Translations under genes and position numbers: made by a program | From: Planctomycetota bacterium | GTDB lineage: Bacteria; Planctomycetota; UBA1135; UBA2386 | Direction of reading: 5' to 3' | Assembly: GCA_965228735.1 (NCBI GenBank) | Contig: OZ245838.1 | Span: 6,464,001-6,528,000, forward strand | DNA: 64,000 bases | In this document: piece by piece, positions 25,889-36,366 of the stretch | Numbering within the stretch: position 1 is the stretch's first letter | Layout of the letters: each line of letters opens with the position of its first letter | The notes under the pieces: generated by a model | The model's input: the letters and a program-made list of their open reading frames with translations, nothing else | Databases searched by the model: none | Told to the model about the DNA's origin: nothing

Positions 25889-27199
25889 TCAGCGCAGCTG
25901 CAGCCGCGCGACGCTCTCGACGTGATAGGTCTGCGGGAACATGTCGTAGGCCTCCACGCGTTCGACGTCGTAGCCGCCGTCGTGCAGCACGCGCAGGTCG
26001 CGCGCGAGCGTCTGCGGGTCGCACGACACGTAGACGATTCGCTGTGGCTGCAGCTGCAGCAGCGCCGGCAAGGCTGGCTTCGCGCCGACCCGCGGCGGGT
26101 CCATCATCACGAGGTCGGGGCGTTCGCGGTTCTTCTGCAGGAACTGCTCCGTCGTCGCGCGCACGTAGGCGACGTTGCGCTGCTCGTTGATCCTGGCGTT
26201 GACGCGGCCGAACGTCGCGGCCCGCCGTTCGTCCTCGACGGCGACCACGCGCTCGTAGCGATCGCCGAGCGGCAGCGACAGCAGGCCGACGCCGGCATAG
26301 AGGTCGAAGGCGAGCCCGCCCTCGAGCCCGTCGACGGCGCCCTGCACGAGCTGCTCGACGAGGTGGCGGTTGCCCTGGAAGAAGCTGTCGGGCTCGATGA
26401 GGTAGCGGAAGCGACCGACGCGGTGTTCGACGAGGTCCTTCGGCATCCCCGGCAGATCGGGCGACCACGACGCGCCGTCGCTGCCGCACGCACCCTCGAC
26501 CTGATACGGCAGGTCGCGCTGCGCGAGCGGCGCGAGCACGCGGCGGACGTCGTGCATGCCCTGCTCGAGTTCGGGCGCGAGCACGGGGCACTGCGCGACG
26601 TCGATGACCGAGTGGCTGAACGCGCGATGGAAGCCGAGGACCGGCGGATCGCCGGGCTTGCGCGGCGGTGTCGCGGCCCGTTCCGCCGCGTCCTGTTTCG
26701 CCTGGTCAGGCCGCTCGTTCTTGCGCAACCGCCCGTGCTTGCCGTCGCGCCGCTTGCCCGAGGTCGCGCGCAGCTTGAGCTGTGTGCGCGAGCGGTAGCC
26801 CCACGGCTCGGCGTGGTGCACGACGACCGGCGCCGGCCAATCGAAGCCGCCGGTCCTGACCAGCGCGTCGCGCACGAACTCGCCCTTCTGCTCGACCTGC
26901 ACCGCGTAGTCGACGTGCTGATACTGGCAGCCGCCGCAGTCGCCGAAGTGCTGGCAGCGCGGCTCCACGCGACCCGGCCCCGGTTCGAGCACCTCGACGA
27001 TCGCCGCCTTCACGAACGTCTTCTCCCGCTCCGTGACCTCGACCCGCAGCACGTCCCCGGGCGCCGCGAACGGCACGAACACGACGATGCCGTCCGGATT
27101 GCCGCGTTGCCGCGCGACGGCGCGGCCCCCGAACGCGAGGCGTTCGACCTGGACTTCGAGGGTCTCGCCCACGGCGGGGGCAGTCGGTGGCGCTGTCAT
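25889..27199 (-). CDS. rlmD: TRAM-domain RNA (uracil-5)-methyltransferase, RlmD/TrmA family
   Basis: VERLAFGG TRAM domain, CQHFGDCGGC + CPV, SFFQGN, DLYAGVG, DPPR, YVSCDP, DMFPQTYHVE. Confidence 0.88.
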   Translation of the reverse strand: MTAPPTAPAVGETLEVQVERLAFGGRAVARQRGNPDGIVVFVPFAAPGDVLRVEVTEREKTFVKAAIVEVLEPGPGRVEPRCQHFGDCGGCQYQHVDYAVQVEQKGEFVRDALVRTGGFDWPAPVVVHHAEPWGYRSRTQLKLRATSGKRRDGKHGRLRKNERPDQAKQDAAERAATPPRKPGDPPVLGFHRAFSHSVIDVAQCPVLAPELEQGMHDVRRVLAPLAQRDLPYQVEGACGSDGASWSPDLPGMPKDLVEHRVGRFRYLIEPDSFFQGNRHLVEQLVQGAVDGLEGGLAFDLYAGVGLLSLPLGDRYERVVAVEDERRAATFGRVNARINEQRNVAYVRATTEQFLQKNRERPDLVMMDPPRVGAKPALPALLQLQPQRIVYVSCDPQTLARDLRVLHDGGYDVERVEAYDMFPQTYHVESVARLQLR

Positions 27200-27276
27200 C
27201 GTCGCGGGAGCATACGGCGAGGTCGAGTACTGCGAGGACACGGAGGCGAAACTCGTCGAGGACGGTTTTGCGAGTC

Positions 27277-28191
27277 TCAATCCTTCGCCTTCGCCTGCAG
27301 CCAGATCCCCGCGCTGACGAGCACCAGCGCGACGTAGAACCGGAGCCCCGGCAGGGCTTCGCCCACCAACGCCCCGATGGCGACCGCGCACAGCGGCTGC
27401 ACGTTGATGTAGAGCGCGACGGTCGAGCCATGCGTGTGGCGCAGCGCCCAGTTGTTGATCAGATACGTGAGCACCGTCGCGCACACGACGACGTAGAGCG
27501 CACACCACGCGATCGGCGGCGTGAGCAGCGTGTCGACGTGCTCCGCTTCCACGTGCAGCAGGCCGTAGCTGCTGATGAACAGGCTCGCCCAGGCGAACAT
27601 GATCATCGTCGCGATCCACGGGTCGAGGTTCTTGCCGATGCGGCGCATGAGCACGAGGTGCAGCGCGAACGCCCAGCCGTTGAACATCGTCAGCACGTTG
27701 CCGAGCAGTGTCGCGCCGCCTTCGGTCGCGTTCGACTCCGGCTCGCCGAACAGCAGGTCGTCCAGGCCGAGGAGATAGAGCACGCCGGTGACCGCGAGGC
27801 CGATCGCCAGGAGGCGGCGCGGGCCGATGCGTTCTTGCCCCGCGAGCCACGCGAAGAGCAGGGTCCAGACCGGGATGCCGACGTTGATCACCGAGCTGTG
27901 CGCGGGCGTCGTCCGTTCGAGGCCCTCGAAGAACAGGACCTGGTTGAGCGCGACCCCGAAGAACGCCGCGACGCCGAGCCAGAGGATGGTCCGGCGTTCG
28001 GGCAGCGCGCGCTTCTGGCGCAGCAGCCAGGCGATCGGCACGAGCAGCGCGGTCGCCGCGAGGATGCGGAACATCGCCCAAGAGCCCGCTGGCACGGCGC
28101 CCAGGACCTTCTTGCTGAAGACGTAGTGGCCGCCGAACAGCACCGACACGGTGAGCAGGGCGAGGTGGACGCGGACGGGGGACGGGGGCAC
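27277..28191 (-). CDS. DMT/EamA family transporter
   Basis: About 10 TM segments; FEGLERTTPAHSSVI...P, YINVQP...LVGE. Start may extend to 28269. Confidence 0.9.
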   Translation of the reverse strand: MPPSPVRVHLALLTVSVLFGGHYVFSKKVLGAVPAGSWAMFRILAATALLVPIAWLLRQKRALPERRTILWLGVAAFFGVALNQVLFFEGLERTTPAHSSVINVGIPVWTLLFAWLAGQERIGPRRLLAIGLAVTGVLYLLGLDDLLFGEPESNATEGGATLLGNVLTMFNGWAFALHLVLMRRIGKNLDPWIATMIMFAWASLFISSYGLLHVEAEHVDTLLTPPIAWCALYVVVCATVLTYLINNWALRHTHGSTVALYINVQPLCAVAIGALVGEALPGLRFYVALVLVSAGIWLQAKAKD

Positions 28192-28359
28192 GGCGGGCGC
28201 AGGATCGTGACGGCCCGGGGCGGCGATACAACCGACGAATCCGGGATCGGGGTTGCTGGACCACGACATCGCGGGCGGCCCTCGATATCATCCGCGGCCC
28301 CCCCAACCCTGCATTCGGCCCGACCCCTCGTCGAATGCCATAAGAGGTCGCCCGCCCTG

Positions 28360-31275
28360 ATGATCCTCGCAACGAGCCTGTTCTCGCTGACCGTTCTGTG
28401 CCCTGTGGTATCCGCGATGCCGCAGGGTCGCATCAAGCTGCCCGAGCGCGCGCCGCAGCAGGAACCAGCGAACGTTCCGCCGCCGCTGACCGAGATCGAG
28501 CGCTTCCGGCACGACATCGAGGAGCTGGCGCAGTCGCCCGGCCGCGTCGAGCAGCGCCTGCAGTCGATGGCGCTGCAGTACGGCAAGATCAACGACCTCG
28601 TCATCGAGGTCGCGCGCGGCGCCCGGGCGCGCGAGATGACGCATCTGATGCTCGTCGCCCGGCGGTTCGGTGACGGCGACGTCGCGCGCGAGCTGCGCTT
28701 CCAGCTGCTGGCCCGGCGCCTCGGCCGCGCGACCCGCCCGGTCATCGACGCGATGACGTTCCTCATGGGGCCGGAACGCGATCCGGACGACCAGCTCGAC
28801 GAACGGCAGGCGCTGCGCGACGTGATCCGCGGCCGCCAGGCCGGCGCGCGCCGGCCGGCGACCGAAGCGCTCGCGGAGATCGCGACCGCAGCGGACCTGC
28901 CGTTCGCGCTCGAGCTCACGAGTCACCAGAGCCTCGATCTGCGCCTGCGCGGCGTCGACCTGCTCGCGGCCATCGACACTGAAGGCGCGCGCCAGCGCCT
29001 CGTGGAGCTGCTGTCGAAGCCGCCGGCACTCGCGGGTGCCGCGTGCCACGCGCTGATCCAGCTCGGCGAACGCGCCGTGCCGGACCTGCAGGCGATCGTC
29101 GCTGGCCCGCCGATCGATCGCGGGTTCGCCTACGCGGCGTTCGCGCTCGCGGAGATCGGCGACGCGACGGGGCAGCCGCGGATCGATCCGGCGCGCGCGG
29201 ACCTGATCGCCCAGCAGCTGCGCGCGCGCGAGGCGCTGACCCGCAGCCTCGCGGCGATCGCGCTCGCCGATCTCGGGTATCGCGCCGGCAACGGCGAAGG
29301 CACGGTCGCCGAAGGCGTGATCGACGACCGGGCGATCGGCGACGCGCTCGTCGACCTCGTCGACGCGCGCCTGTTCGTGCCCAACCTCGACCTGCTCAAG
29401 TTCCCCGCCGAGCGCCGGCTCACGCGCATGACGGGCCGCGTCGTGCAGGCGGACAGTCCGCTCACGTGGCGGCAGTGGTGGGAGGCCCGCCGCGACGGCT
29501 TCGTCGGCCTGCGCGCCGCGGTCTCGATCGACGCCAGCACCGCCGCGACCGCGGTCGTCACGCTGCGCGCGAAGGGCCCGGCGCTGCGGCTGCTCGCCGA
29601 AGGTCTGACCGAGGTGGCGCCGCTCGAGAACTCGTACGAGGCGTTCCTCACGAGCGAGCAGATGCTCGCACTCGTCGAGGGGCTGCAGCGACTCGGCTTC
29701 GGTGATCCGCGGCTCACGCGCCAGGAGGCCGGTCTGCCGATCGCGCGCTCGCTCGAGGTGCAGGTCGGCCGCGCGCGCGCGTTCGTCGGCGTGCCGGCGG
29801 GCGAGGACCTCGCGTTCGGCGCGCTCGCGGAGCGCGTGGAGGCGGCGCTCGAGTCGCAGCTGTGGCAGCTCTACCGGCACCCCGAGAAGGAGCCGGACCG
29901 CGCCGCGTTCTGGCGCGCCGAGCGCCGCTGGCTGCTGGCCCACGAGAGCCCGGTCGAACGCGGCCAGCGCTTCGCGCGGCGCGTGCTGACCAACTGGACG
30001 ACGTACTCGCCGTGGCTGCAGGCGCGGGCCCTCGAATACCTGTTCGAGCGCGAGGACCGCAAGCTGCTGCTCGGCGAGGCCGAGGGTGATGCCGTGCTCG
30101 CGATCGTGCGCGGCGTGGAAGAGCTGTCGACGCTCGAACTGCGCCTGCTCGAGCTCGCGGCCGGGATCCCCGGCGATCGCATCTGGCGCGAGTGCGTCGC
30201 CGCCGCGGCGACCGCGCCTGGCGGTGGTCGCGAAGCCGTGCGCGCCGTGTTCGCCGTGCTCGGGCCCGAGGCCGTGCTGACCGCGCTCGCCGACGAACGA
30301 CCGGTCGTGCGCCGCGTCGCGATCGACGAGATCGTCGTCGCGCGTGACATGCGCGCCGGCCCCCGGCTCGTCGAGCTCCTCACGGGCGAGAACGAACCCG
30401 CCGAAGTGCGGCGCGCGGCGGCCGAGGCGGCCGGCCAGCTGCGCCTGCCCGCGGCGCAGGATCCGCTCGTGCAGCTGATCATCCAGGCCGAGACCGCGCC
30501 GGCGGTGCGGCGCGCGGCCCTCGTCGCGCTCGGTCGCGTCGGCGGCAAGAACGCGTTCCCCGTGCTCGATCAGGCGCTGCGCGCGCCCGTGCCCGCGGAT
30601 CGCGAAGCCGCGCTGCGCGGCCTCGGTGAGCTGCGCGACCAGCGCGCGGCGCACACGCTCGCCGAGCTCGCGGTCATCGCCAACGGCAAGGACCTCGGCA
30701 ACCTGGCGCGGCTCTACCTCGGCCGCATGGGCGCGCAGCTCGCGGTGCCGGCGCTGCGGCGGCAGGTCAAGACGGCGCAGAACCCGGCGATCCACGACGA
30801 ACTCGTGCTGCTGCTCGGGCGCTACCAGGACGCCGAGACCGTGCCGGCGTTGCTGCCGCTGCTGCGCAACCCGCAGCACGCCGCCGACGCGAAGCTCGCG
30901 CTCATGGGGACGACCGGCCTCGACCTCGAGTCGGCCGACGACCCGTGGAGCATGGTCGAAGCGTGGTGGCGCCGTCACCGCGCCGAACCGCAGTGGCGCT
31001 GGCTGCTCGACGCGCTCGCGGCCGCCGACGTCCCGACCCTGCTGCGGCCGGAGCACTTCCAGCCCGGCGGCATCGAGCCGATCCCCGAGCTCGCGCGCCT
31101 GCTCACCGACCTGCGGCAGCCGCGGCTCTACGTGCTGGCGTCGGCCGTGCTGCGTCAGGTCAGCGGCCAGGACTACGGCGTCGTCGCGATGGCGACGCCC
31201 GCCGAGGCCCGCGCCGGGATCGCCGCGCGTTACCGCGTGCTGTTCGAGACCCGCAAGGCGGCGAAGAACCAGTAG
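28360..31275 (+). CDS. Large secreted HEAT-repeat protein
   Basis: Signal-like N-terminus; repeated VRRAAAEAAGQL, VRRAALVALGRV, DREAALRGLGEL; W..WW motifs. Confidence 0.8.
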   Translation: MILATSLFSLTVLCPVVSAMPQGRIKLPERAPQQEPANVPPPLTEIERFRHDIEELAQSPGRVEQRLQSMALQYGKINDLVIEVARGARAREMTHLMLVARRFGDGDVARELRFQLLARRLGRATRPVIDAMTFLMGPERDPDDQLDERQALRDVIRGRQAGARRPATEALAEIATAADLPFALELTSHQSLDLRLRGVDLLAAIDTEGARQRLVELLSKPPALAGAACHALIQLGERAVPDLQAIVAGPPIDRGFAYAAFALAEIGDATGQPRIDPARADLIAQQLRAREALTRSLAAIALADLGYRAGNGEGTVAEGVIDDRAIGDALVDLVDARLFVPNLDLLKFPAERRLTRMTGRVVQADSPLTWRQWWEARRDGFVGLRAAVSIDASTAATAVVTLRAKGPALRLLAEGLTEVAPLENSYEAFLTSEQMLALVEGLQRLGFGDPRLTRQEAGLPIARSLEVQVGRARAFVGVPAGEDLAFGALAERVEAALESQLWQLYRHPEKEPDRAAFWRAERRWLLAHESPVERGQRFARRVLTNWTTYSPWLQARALEYLFEREDRKLLLGEAEGDAVLAIVRGVEELSTLELRLLELAAGIPGDRIWRECVAAAATAPGGGREAVRAVFAVLGPEAVLTALADERPVVRRVAIDEIVVARDMRAGPRLVELLTGENEPAEVRRAAAEAAGQLRLPAAQDPLVQLIIQAETAPAVRRAALVALGRVGGKNAFPVLDQALRAPVPADREAALRGLGELRDQRAAHTLAELAVIANGKDLGNLARLYLGRMGAQLAVPALRRQVKTAQNPAIHDELVLLLGRYQDAETVPALLPLLRNPQHAADAKLALMGTTGLDLESADDPWSMVEAWWRRHRAEPQWRWLLDALAAADVPTLLRPEHFQPGGIEPIPELARLLTDLRQPRLYVLASAVLRQVSGQDYGVVAMATPAEARAGIAARYRVLFETRKAAKNQ

Positions 31276-31377
31276 CGGCGGACGGCCGGCGCGCGTCGCC
31301 CGCCAGCGCGGTGTTTGCGGAGTTCTCGCGGCTCGGTATCGTCCGTGCCCTTTCCGACCGCCGAGCCCCCGCCGCCA

Positions 31378-32367
31378 ATGACCGACGTCGTCGCCATCGC
31401 CCAGAAGATCCAGGCCGAGAGCCAGAGCCTGCAGAACGTCCGCGCGGCGCTGCAGAACGTCATCGTCGGCCAGGACGAGCTGCTCGACGGTCTGCTCGTC
31501 GCGCTGCTCGCCGACGGCCACGTGCTGCTCGAGGGCCTGCCCGGGCTCGCGAAGTCGCTTGCCGTGAGTTCGCTCGCGCGCGCCGTCGGCGGCGAGTTCC
31601 GGCGCATCCAGTTCACGCCCGACCTGCTGCCCGCCGACCTCGTCGGCACGCACGTCTACAACCCCAAGACGGGGGAGTGGCAGGTGCGCGAGGGGCCGGT
31701 GTTCGCCAACTTCGTGCTCGCCGACGAGATCAACCGCGCGCCGGCGAAGGTGCAGTCGGCGCTGCTCGAGGCGATGCAGGAGCGCCAGGTCACGCTCGCC
31801 GGCGACACGCGTCGGCTGCCCGATCCCTTCCTCGTCCTCGCGACGCAGAACCCGGTCGAGCAGGAGGGCACCTACGCGCTGCCCGAGGCGCAGGTCGACC
31901 GCTTCATGGTCAAGCTCGTCGTCGGCTACCCGAGCAAGGCCGAGGAGCTCAAGATCATCGACCGCATGTCGGCGATCTCGGCGTCGACCGACGTCGCGCC
32001 GGCCACGTCGCCGGAAGAGCTGCTGCGCATGCGCCAGCTGCTCGACACGATCTACCTCGACGACAAGGTCAAGGCCTACATCGTCGACCTCGTGTTCGCG
32101 ACGCGCGAGCCGGCGGCCGTCGGCCTCGAGAAGCTGCAGCCCCTGATCCTCTACGGCGCGTCGCCGCGCGCGTCGCTCGCGCTGGCCCGCGCGTCGCGTG
32201 CCCGGGCGTTCCTCGAAGGGCGCGGCTTCGTCACGCCGCAGGACGTCAAGGCCGTCGGCGCGATGGTGCTGCGCCACCGCGTGCTCACGACCTACGAGGC
32301 CGAGGCCGAGGGGATCACGAGCGAACAGGTGCTGCAGCAGGTCTTCGACACCGTTCCCGTGCCGTAG
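31378..32367 (+). CDS. moxR: MoxR family AAA+ ATPase
   Basis: HVLLEGLPGLAKS, RIQFTPDLLPAD, LADEINRAPAKVQSALLEAMQE, ATQNPVEQEGTY, GASPR. Confidence 0.96.
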   Translation: MTDVVAIAQKIQAESQSLQNVRAALQNVIVGQDELLDGLLVALLADGHVLLEGLPGLAKSLAVSSLARAVGGEFRRIQFTPDLLPADLVGTHVYNPKTGEWQVREGPVFANFVLADEINRAPAKVQSALLEAMQERQVTLAGDTRRLPDPFLVLATQNPVEQEGTYALPEAQVDRFMVKLVVGYPSKAEELKIIDRMSAISASTDVAPATSPEELLRMRQLLDTIYLDDKVKAYIVDLVFATREPAAVGLEKLQPLILYGASPRASLALARASRARAFLEGRGFVTPQDVKAVGAMVLRHRVLTTYEAEAEGITSEQVLQQVFDTVPVP

Positions 32368-32376
32368 CCAGCCGCC

Positions 32377-33330
32377 GTGACGCGAGCGATCGATCCAGAA
32401 CTGCTCGCCGAGGCGCGTCGCATCCAGGTGCGCGCGGATCGCATGGTCACCGACGTGATGTCGGGCGGCTACAGCTCCGTGTTCCGCGGTTCGGGCATCG
32501 AGTTCGACGAGGTGCGCGAGTTCGCCGAAGGTGACGAACTGCGCGCCGTCGATTGGAACGTCACGGCCCGCGTCGGACGCCCGTTCGTAAAGAAGTTCGT
32601 CGAGGAGCGCGAGCTCACGGTGCTGTTCCTGCTCGACGTTTCCGCGTCGATGGCGTTCGGCAGCAACCCGCGCGGCATCGAACGGCGCACGGTCGCGCAG
32701 ACCGCGGCGCTGTTCGTCGGGTGCGTCGCGTTCGCCGCGGCGCGCAACAACGACAAGGCCGGGCTCATCCGCTTCGGCAGCGAGATCGAGCAGTACGTGC
32801 CGGCCAAGAAGGGGCGCAACCACGTGCTGCGGCTGATCCGCGAGGCGTGCGAACCGCCGCTCGCGCAGGTCACGACCGACATCGACGCGGCACTCGATTA
32901 CACGAGCCGGGTGCAGCGACGGCACGCGATCGTGTTCGTCGTGAGCGACTTCTTCGGCGGCGGCGACCCCGAGTCGGCCTACGGCCAGAAGCTGCGGCTG
33001 CTCGCGCGGCGGCACGACGCGATCGCCGTGCGCGTGCGCGACCCGTTCGCCGGTGGCGTCGATCCCGCGACGGGCGAGGTGCCGGAGCTGCCCAAGGTCG
33101 GGCTGCTCGCGGTGGCCGATCCCGAAACCGGGACGCGCGTCGAGGTCGACACGAGCAGCCGCGCGGTGCGGCGCGACGTGCGCGCGGCGTGGCAGCGCGA
33201 ACGTGAGGCGCTCGACGCGCTCTGCCGGCGCTCCGGCGTCGACCTGCTCGACGTGCCGACGAGCGGCTCGGTCGTCGATCCGCTCGTGCGGTTCTTCCGG
33301 ATGCGCGAGCTGCGGGGGGCGAAGCGGTGA
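32377..33330 (+). CDS. DUF58 family protein
   Basis: FRGSGIEFDEVREF..GD..R.VDWNVTAR, EEREL, DVSASM, VSDF. Confidence 0.95.
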   Translation: MTRAIDPELLAEARRIQVRADRMVTDVMSGGYSSVFRGSGIEFDEVREFAEGDELRAVDWNVTARVGRPFVKKFVEERELTVLFLLDVSASMAFGSNPRGIERRTVAQTAALFVGCVAFAAARNNDKAGLIRFGSEIEQYVPAKKGRNHVLRLIREACEPPLAQVTTDIDAALDYTSRVQRRHAIVFVVSDFFGGGDPESAYGQKLRLLARRHDAIAVRVRDPFAGGVDPATGEVPELPKVGLLAVADPETGTRVEVDTSSRAVRRDVRAAWQREREALDALCRRSGVDLLDVPTSGSVVDPLVRFFRMRELRGAKR

Positions 33331-34343
33331 GGCGGCTCTCCGTGATGACGAGCCTGCTGCTGTTCGCCGCGCTTTCGCTGCCGTCGTGCGGCGGTCCCGG
33401 CGCCTCGCCGTGGGCGAAGACGGCCGGCAGCGGCGCGCCCGCCGCCGCGCTCGACCTCGTTGCCACGGTCTCGGCCGACGAGGTCGCCCTGCTGCAGCCG
33501 GTGTACGTCACCCTCGACCTGTTCCGGCGTAGCGACCTCGAGGTCGAGTTCGATCCCGAGGTCGACGGCGACCAGTTCGCGAGCGAACGCAAGGACCACC
33601 CGGCCGTGCCGCTCGGCGACGGGCTGTGGCAGCGCACCGTGCTCACGCTGCGGCCGATCGCGGCACCCGGCGAGCTCGAGATCCCGGCGTTCGTGGCCAA
33701 GGCCGTCGACGGTTCGGTCGACGCGCGCACCGAACCCGTGCGCCTCGTCGTCACGTCGGTGCTCGACGGGCACGGAGAAGCGCTCGAGGCCCCCGGCGCG
33801 CCGTTCCCGCCGCCGCCGCGTTGGCCGCTGTATCTCGGTCTCGGCCTCGCAACTCTGCTGGTGCTCGGTGGGCTCGTGTTCTTCCTCCGCCGGCGCGCGG
33901 GCGACCGGACGATGGGTGACGCGATCGCCGTCCCGCCCCACGTCACGGCGCTGCGCGCGCTCGAACGGCTGCGCGAGGCGCCGCGTCGGACCCCGGCCGA
34001 GGTCGAGGCGTTCTACGTCGACGTCTCCGACGTGCTGCGCCAGTACCTCGAGGCGCGCTTCGGGCTGCGCGCGCCCGAGAGCACGACCGAGGAGTTCCTG
34101 CGCGATCTCGAGGCCGGCGACGCGCTCGCGCGCGAGCACCAGAGCGAACTGCAGCGCTTCCTCACGCAGTGCGACCTCGTGAAGTTCGCGCGGCACCAGC
34201 CGGGCGAAGCGGATCACGTCGCGATGTTCGAGATCGCGGAGTCGTTCGTCGAGACGACGCGCGCGGACCGCGGCCGCGGCGCGGCTGGCGTCACAGGTGC
34301 GGTGCCGGGCGAACGCGCGTCGACCGAGGAGGTGCCCGCATGA
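33327..34343 (+). CDS. Bat-associated lipoprotein/membrane protein (DUF4381-like C-terminus)
   Basis: Lipobox-like LPSC, one TM; PPHVTALRAL...FYVDVSDVLRQYLE.RFGL.A.ESTTEE...DLVKFA. Confidence 0.8.
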   Translation: MRRLSVMTSLLLFAALSLPSCGGPGASPWAKTAGSGAPAAALDLVATVSADEVALLQPVYVTLDLFRRSDLEVEFDPEVDGDQFASERKDHPAVPLGDGLWQRTVLTLRPIAAPGELEIPAFVAKAVDGSVDARTEPVRLVVTSVLDGHGEALEAPGAPFPPPPRWPLYLGLGLATLLVLGGLVFFLRRRAGDRTMGDAIAVPPHVTALRALERLREAPRRTPAEVEAFYVDVSDVLRQYLEARFGLRAPESTTEEFLRDLEAGDALAREHQSELQRFLTQCDLVKFARHQPGEADHVAMFEIAESFVETTRADRGRGAAGVTGAVPGERASTEEVPA

Positions 34344-35347
34344 TCGCCGCGGCTGCGTCCGCAGTGGGCCCGACCTCCCTGGGCATGTTCGGGATCACGC
34401 TGCTCGACCCGTGGTTCCTGCTCGCGATCCCGCTCGGCCTGCTCGCGGTGCTGTGGCGCGCGCTGCGGCCGCGCGCGGCGCTCATGACGGCGACGACGAG
34501 TCTGTTCGCCGGCGTGCGCCGCACGCTGCGGCAGCGGCTCGCGTGGCTGCCGCTGTTCGGCAAGTTCCTCGCGGTGGTCGCGCTCGGCCTCGCGCTCGCG
34601 CGGCCGGTCGAACGCGAGGTCGTGCCGATCCAGGACCAGGGCATCGACATCCTGCTCGTCGTCGACACGAGCTCGTCGATGACCGTCGAGGACATGAGCG
34701 ACGAGGAGCGGCTCGCGCGCATGACGGCGGCGCGGGCCCGCGCCGAGGAGTTCGCCGGGGCGCGGACCAACGACCGCGTCGGGCTCGTCGCGTTCGCGCG
34801 CTACGCCGAGCTGCGCTGCCCGCTGACGCTCGACGAGGAGGCGCTCGCCGCGTTCCTGCGCGTGCTCGAGGCCGTGCCGATGAACAGCCCGCTGGACGGC
34901 ACCGCGATCGGCACGGCGCTCGCCAAGGCGGCGCAGGTGCTCGAGACGAGCGAGGTCGAATCGCGCGTCGTCGTGCTGCTGACCGACGGCGAGACGACCG
35001 TACGTGACATCGAGCCCGAGGAAGGCGCCAAGCTCTGCAAGGACGCCGGCATCCGCGTGCACACGATCGGTCTCGGGCGCGGCGAGGTGACGCCGTTCGG
35101 CATGCGGCCGCTCGAGTTCAACGACCTGCGCATGATCGCGGACACGACCGGGGGCGAGTTCTTCCAGCCGCGGTCGGACGAGGACCTCGCGGCCGTGTAC
35201 GAACGAATCGACGAGCTCGAAACGAGCGAGCTCGAGGACCCGCGCTACCGCACCGTCGACCGGTTCGAGTATCCGCTCGGCGTCGGGCTGTTGCTGCTGC
35301 TCTTCGCGTTGCTCGGTGAGGTCCTGCTCTTCCGGAGGGTGCCGTGA
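34340..35347 (+). CDS. batA: BatA-like VWA domain protein
   Basis: PWFLL, ALARP, MIDAS DTSSSM, DRVGLVAF, GTAIG, LLTDG, IRVHTIG. Confidence 0.88.
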   Translation: MIAAAASAVGPTSLGMFGITLLDPWFLLAIPLGLLAVLWRALRPRAALMTATTSLFAGVRRTLRQRLAWLPLFGKFLAVVALGLALARPVEREVVPIQDQGIDILLVVDTSSSMTVEDMSDEERLARMTAARARAEEFAGARTNDRVGLVAFARYAELRCPLTLDEEALAAFLRVLEAVPMNSPLDGTAIGTALAKAAQVLETSEVESRVVVLLTDGETTVRDIEPEEGAKLCKDAGIRVHTIGLGRGEVTPFGMRPLEFNDLRMIADTTGGEFFQPRSDEDLAAVYERIDELETSELEDPRYRTVDRFEYPLGVGLLLLLFALLGEVLLFRRVP

Positions 35348-36366
35348 TCGCGCTCGTCGCAGCGAACGATTCGGCCGGCGACTTCGAGTTCGCGCGGCTG
35401 TGGCTCTGGCCCGGCCTGCTGCTGATGCCGGTCGTCTGGGCGCTGCTCTGGGCGTTGTTCGATTCGTCGGTGCGGGCGGCGAAGCGCTACGGCGTGCAGC
35501 CGACCGATCCGGTCGGTTCGCCGCTCGCGCGGTCGTTGCGCGTCACGCTGCTGCTCGGGCTCGGGCTGCTCTGTTGGATGGATCCGCGCTGGGGCGAGGA
35601 GCCGATTCCCGTCGAACGCCGCGGACTCGACCTGGTGTTCTGCCTCGACACCTCGCGGTCGATGCTCGCGCGCGACATGGACGGCACGCGCCTCGACCGC
35701 GCCGTCGCCGACATCCGCGCGGTCTTGCCGAGCCTCGAGGGCGGCGATCGCGTCGGGCTCGTCGTGTTCGCCGGCACGGCCCGGCTGTGGGTGCCGCTCA
35801 CGCACGATCTCGACTCGTTCCGCGGGCTGCTCGACGAGGTCGACACCGACATCGTCAAGACCGGGGGTACCGACCTCGCGGCGGCGCTGCGCAAGGCGCT
35901 CGCGGTTGCCGAGCCCGACAACGCGACGACGACGGCCGTTCTGCTGCTGACCGACGGCGAGGACCTCGCGGGCGCCGGCCAGCAGGCCGCGACGGAGCTC
36001 GCCGCGGAGGACATCGTCGTCTACTCGATCGGCTACGGCAGCGCGCTCGGGAGCAAGATCACGATCGCTCAGCGCGATGGCACCGAGACGTTCCTGCGCG
36101 ATCAGGAGGGCAACGAGGTCGTCTCGCGCCTCGACCCCGAGAGCCTGCGGGCGCTCGCCAACGTCACGGGCGGGGAGTTCCTCCGGGCCGAGGTGATGGC
36201 GCTGCCGCTCAACCAGATCCATAGCAAGCGCCTGCTGCCGATGGAGAAGCGCAGCTACGACGCGGGTGAGGAGGCCGGCAAACAAGCCCGCTACCAGTGG
36301 GTCCTGCTGCCGCTGCTTCTTCTGCTACTCTTCGAGATCGCGACCGCCGGAGGCCGCCGCCGATGA
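35344..36366 (+). CDS. batB: BatB-like VWA domain protein
   Basis: PRWG, DTSRSMLARD, VPLTHD, GGTDL, LTDGED, VVSRLD. Confidence 0.88.
   Translation: MIALVAANDSAGDFEFARLWLWPGLLLMPVVWALLWALFDSSVRAAKRYGVQPTDPVGSPLARSLRVTLLLGLGLLCWMDPRWGEEPIPVERRGLDLVFCLDTSRSMLARDMDGTRLDRAVADIRAVLPSLEGGDRVGLVVFAGTARLWVPLTHDLDSFRGLLDEVDTDIVKTGGTDLAAALRKALAVAEPDNATTTAVLLLTDGEDLAGAGQQAATELAAEDIVVYSIGYGSALGSKITIAQRDGTETFLRDQEGNEVVSRLDPESLRALANVTGGEFLRAEVMALPLNQIHSKRLLPMEKRSYDAGEEAGKQARYQWVLLPLLLLLLFEIATAGGRRR

Noticed and set aside
27187..28359. 391-aa N-terminal extension of the HEAT protein
   Set aside because: Antisense to the EamA gene; the signal-like sequence begins at ATG 28360.
28288..33015. 1575-aa antisense ORF, and similar long ORFs such as 372-2939, 4634-7546, 19189-22224 and 47789-50248
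   Set aside because: Shadow frames of real high-GC genes on the opposite strand; no motifs and biased composition.
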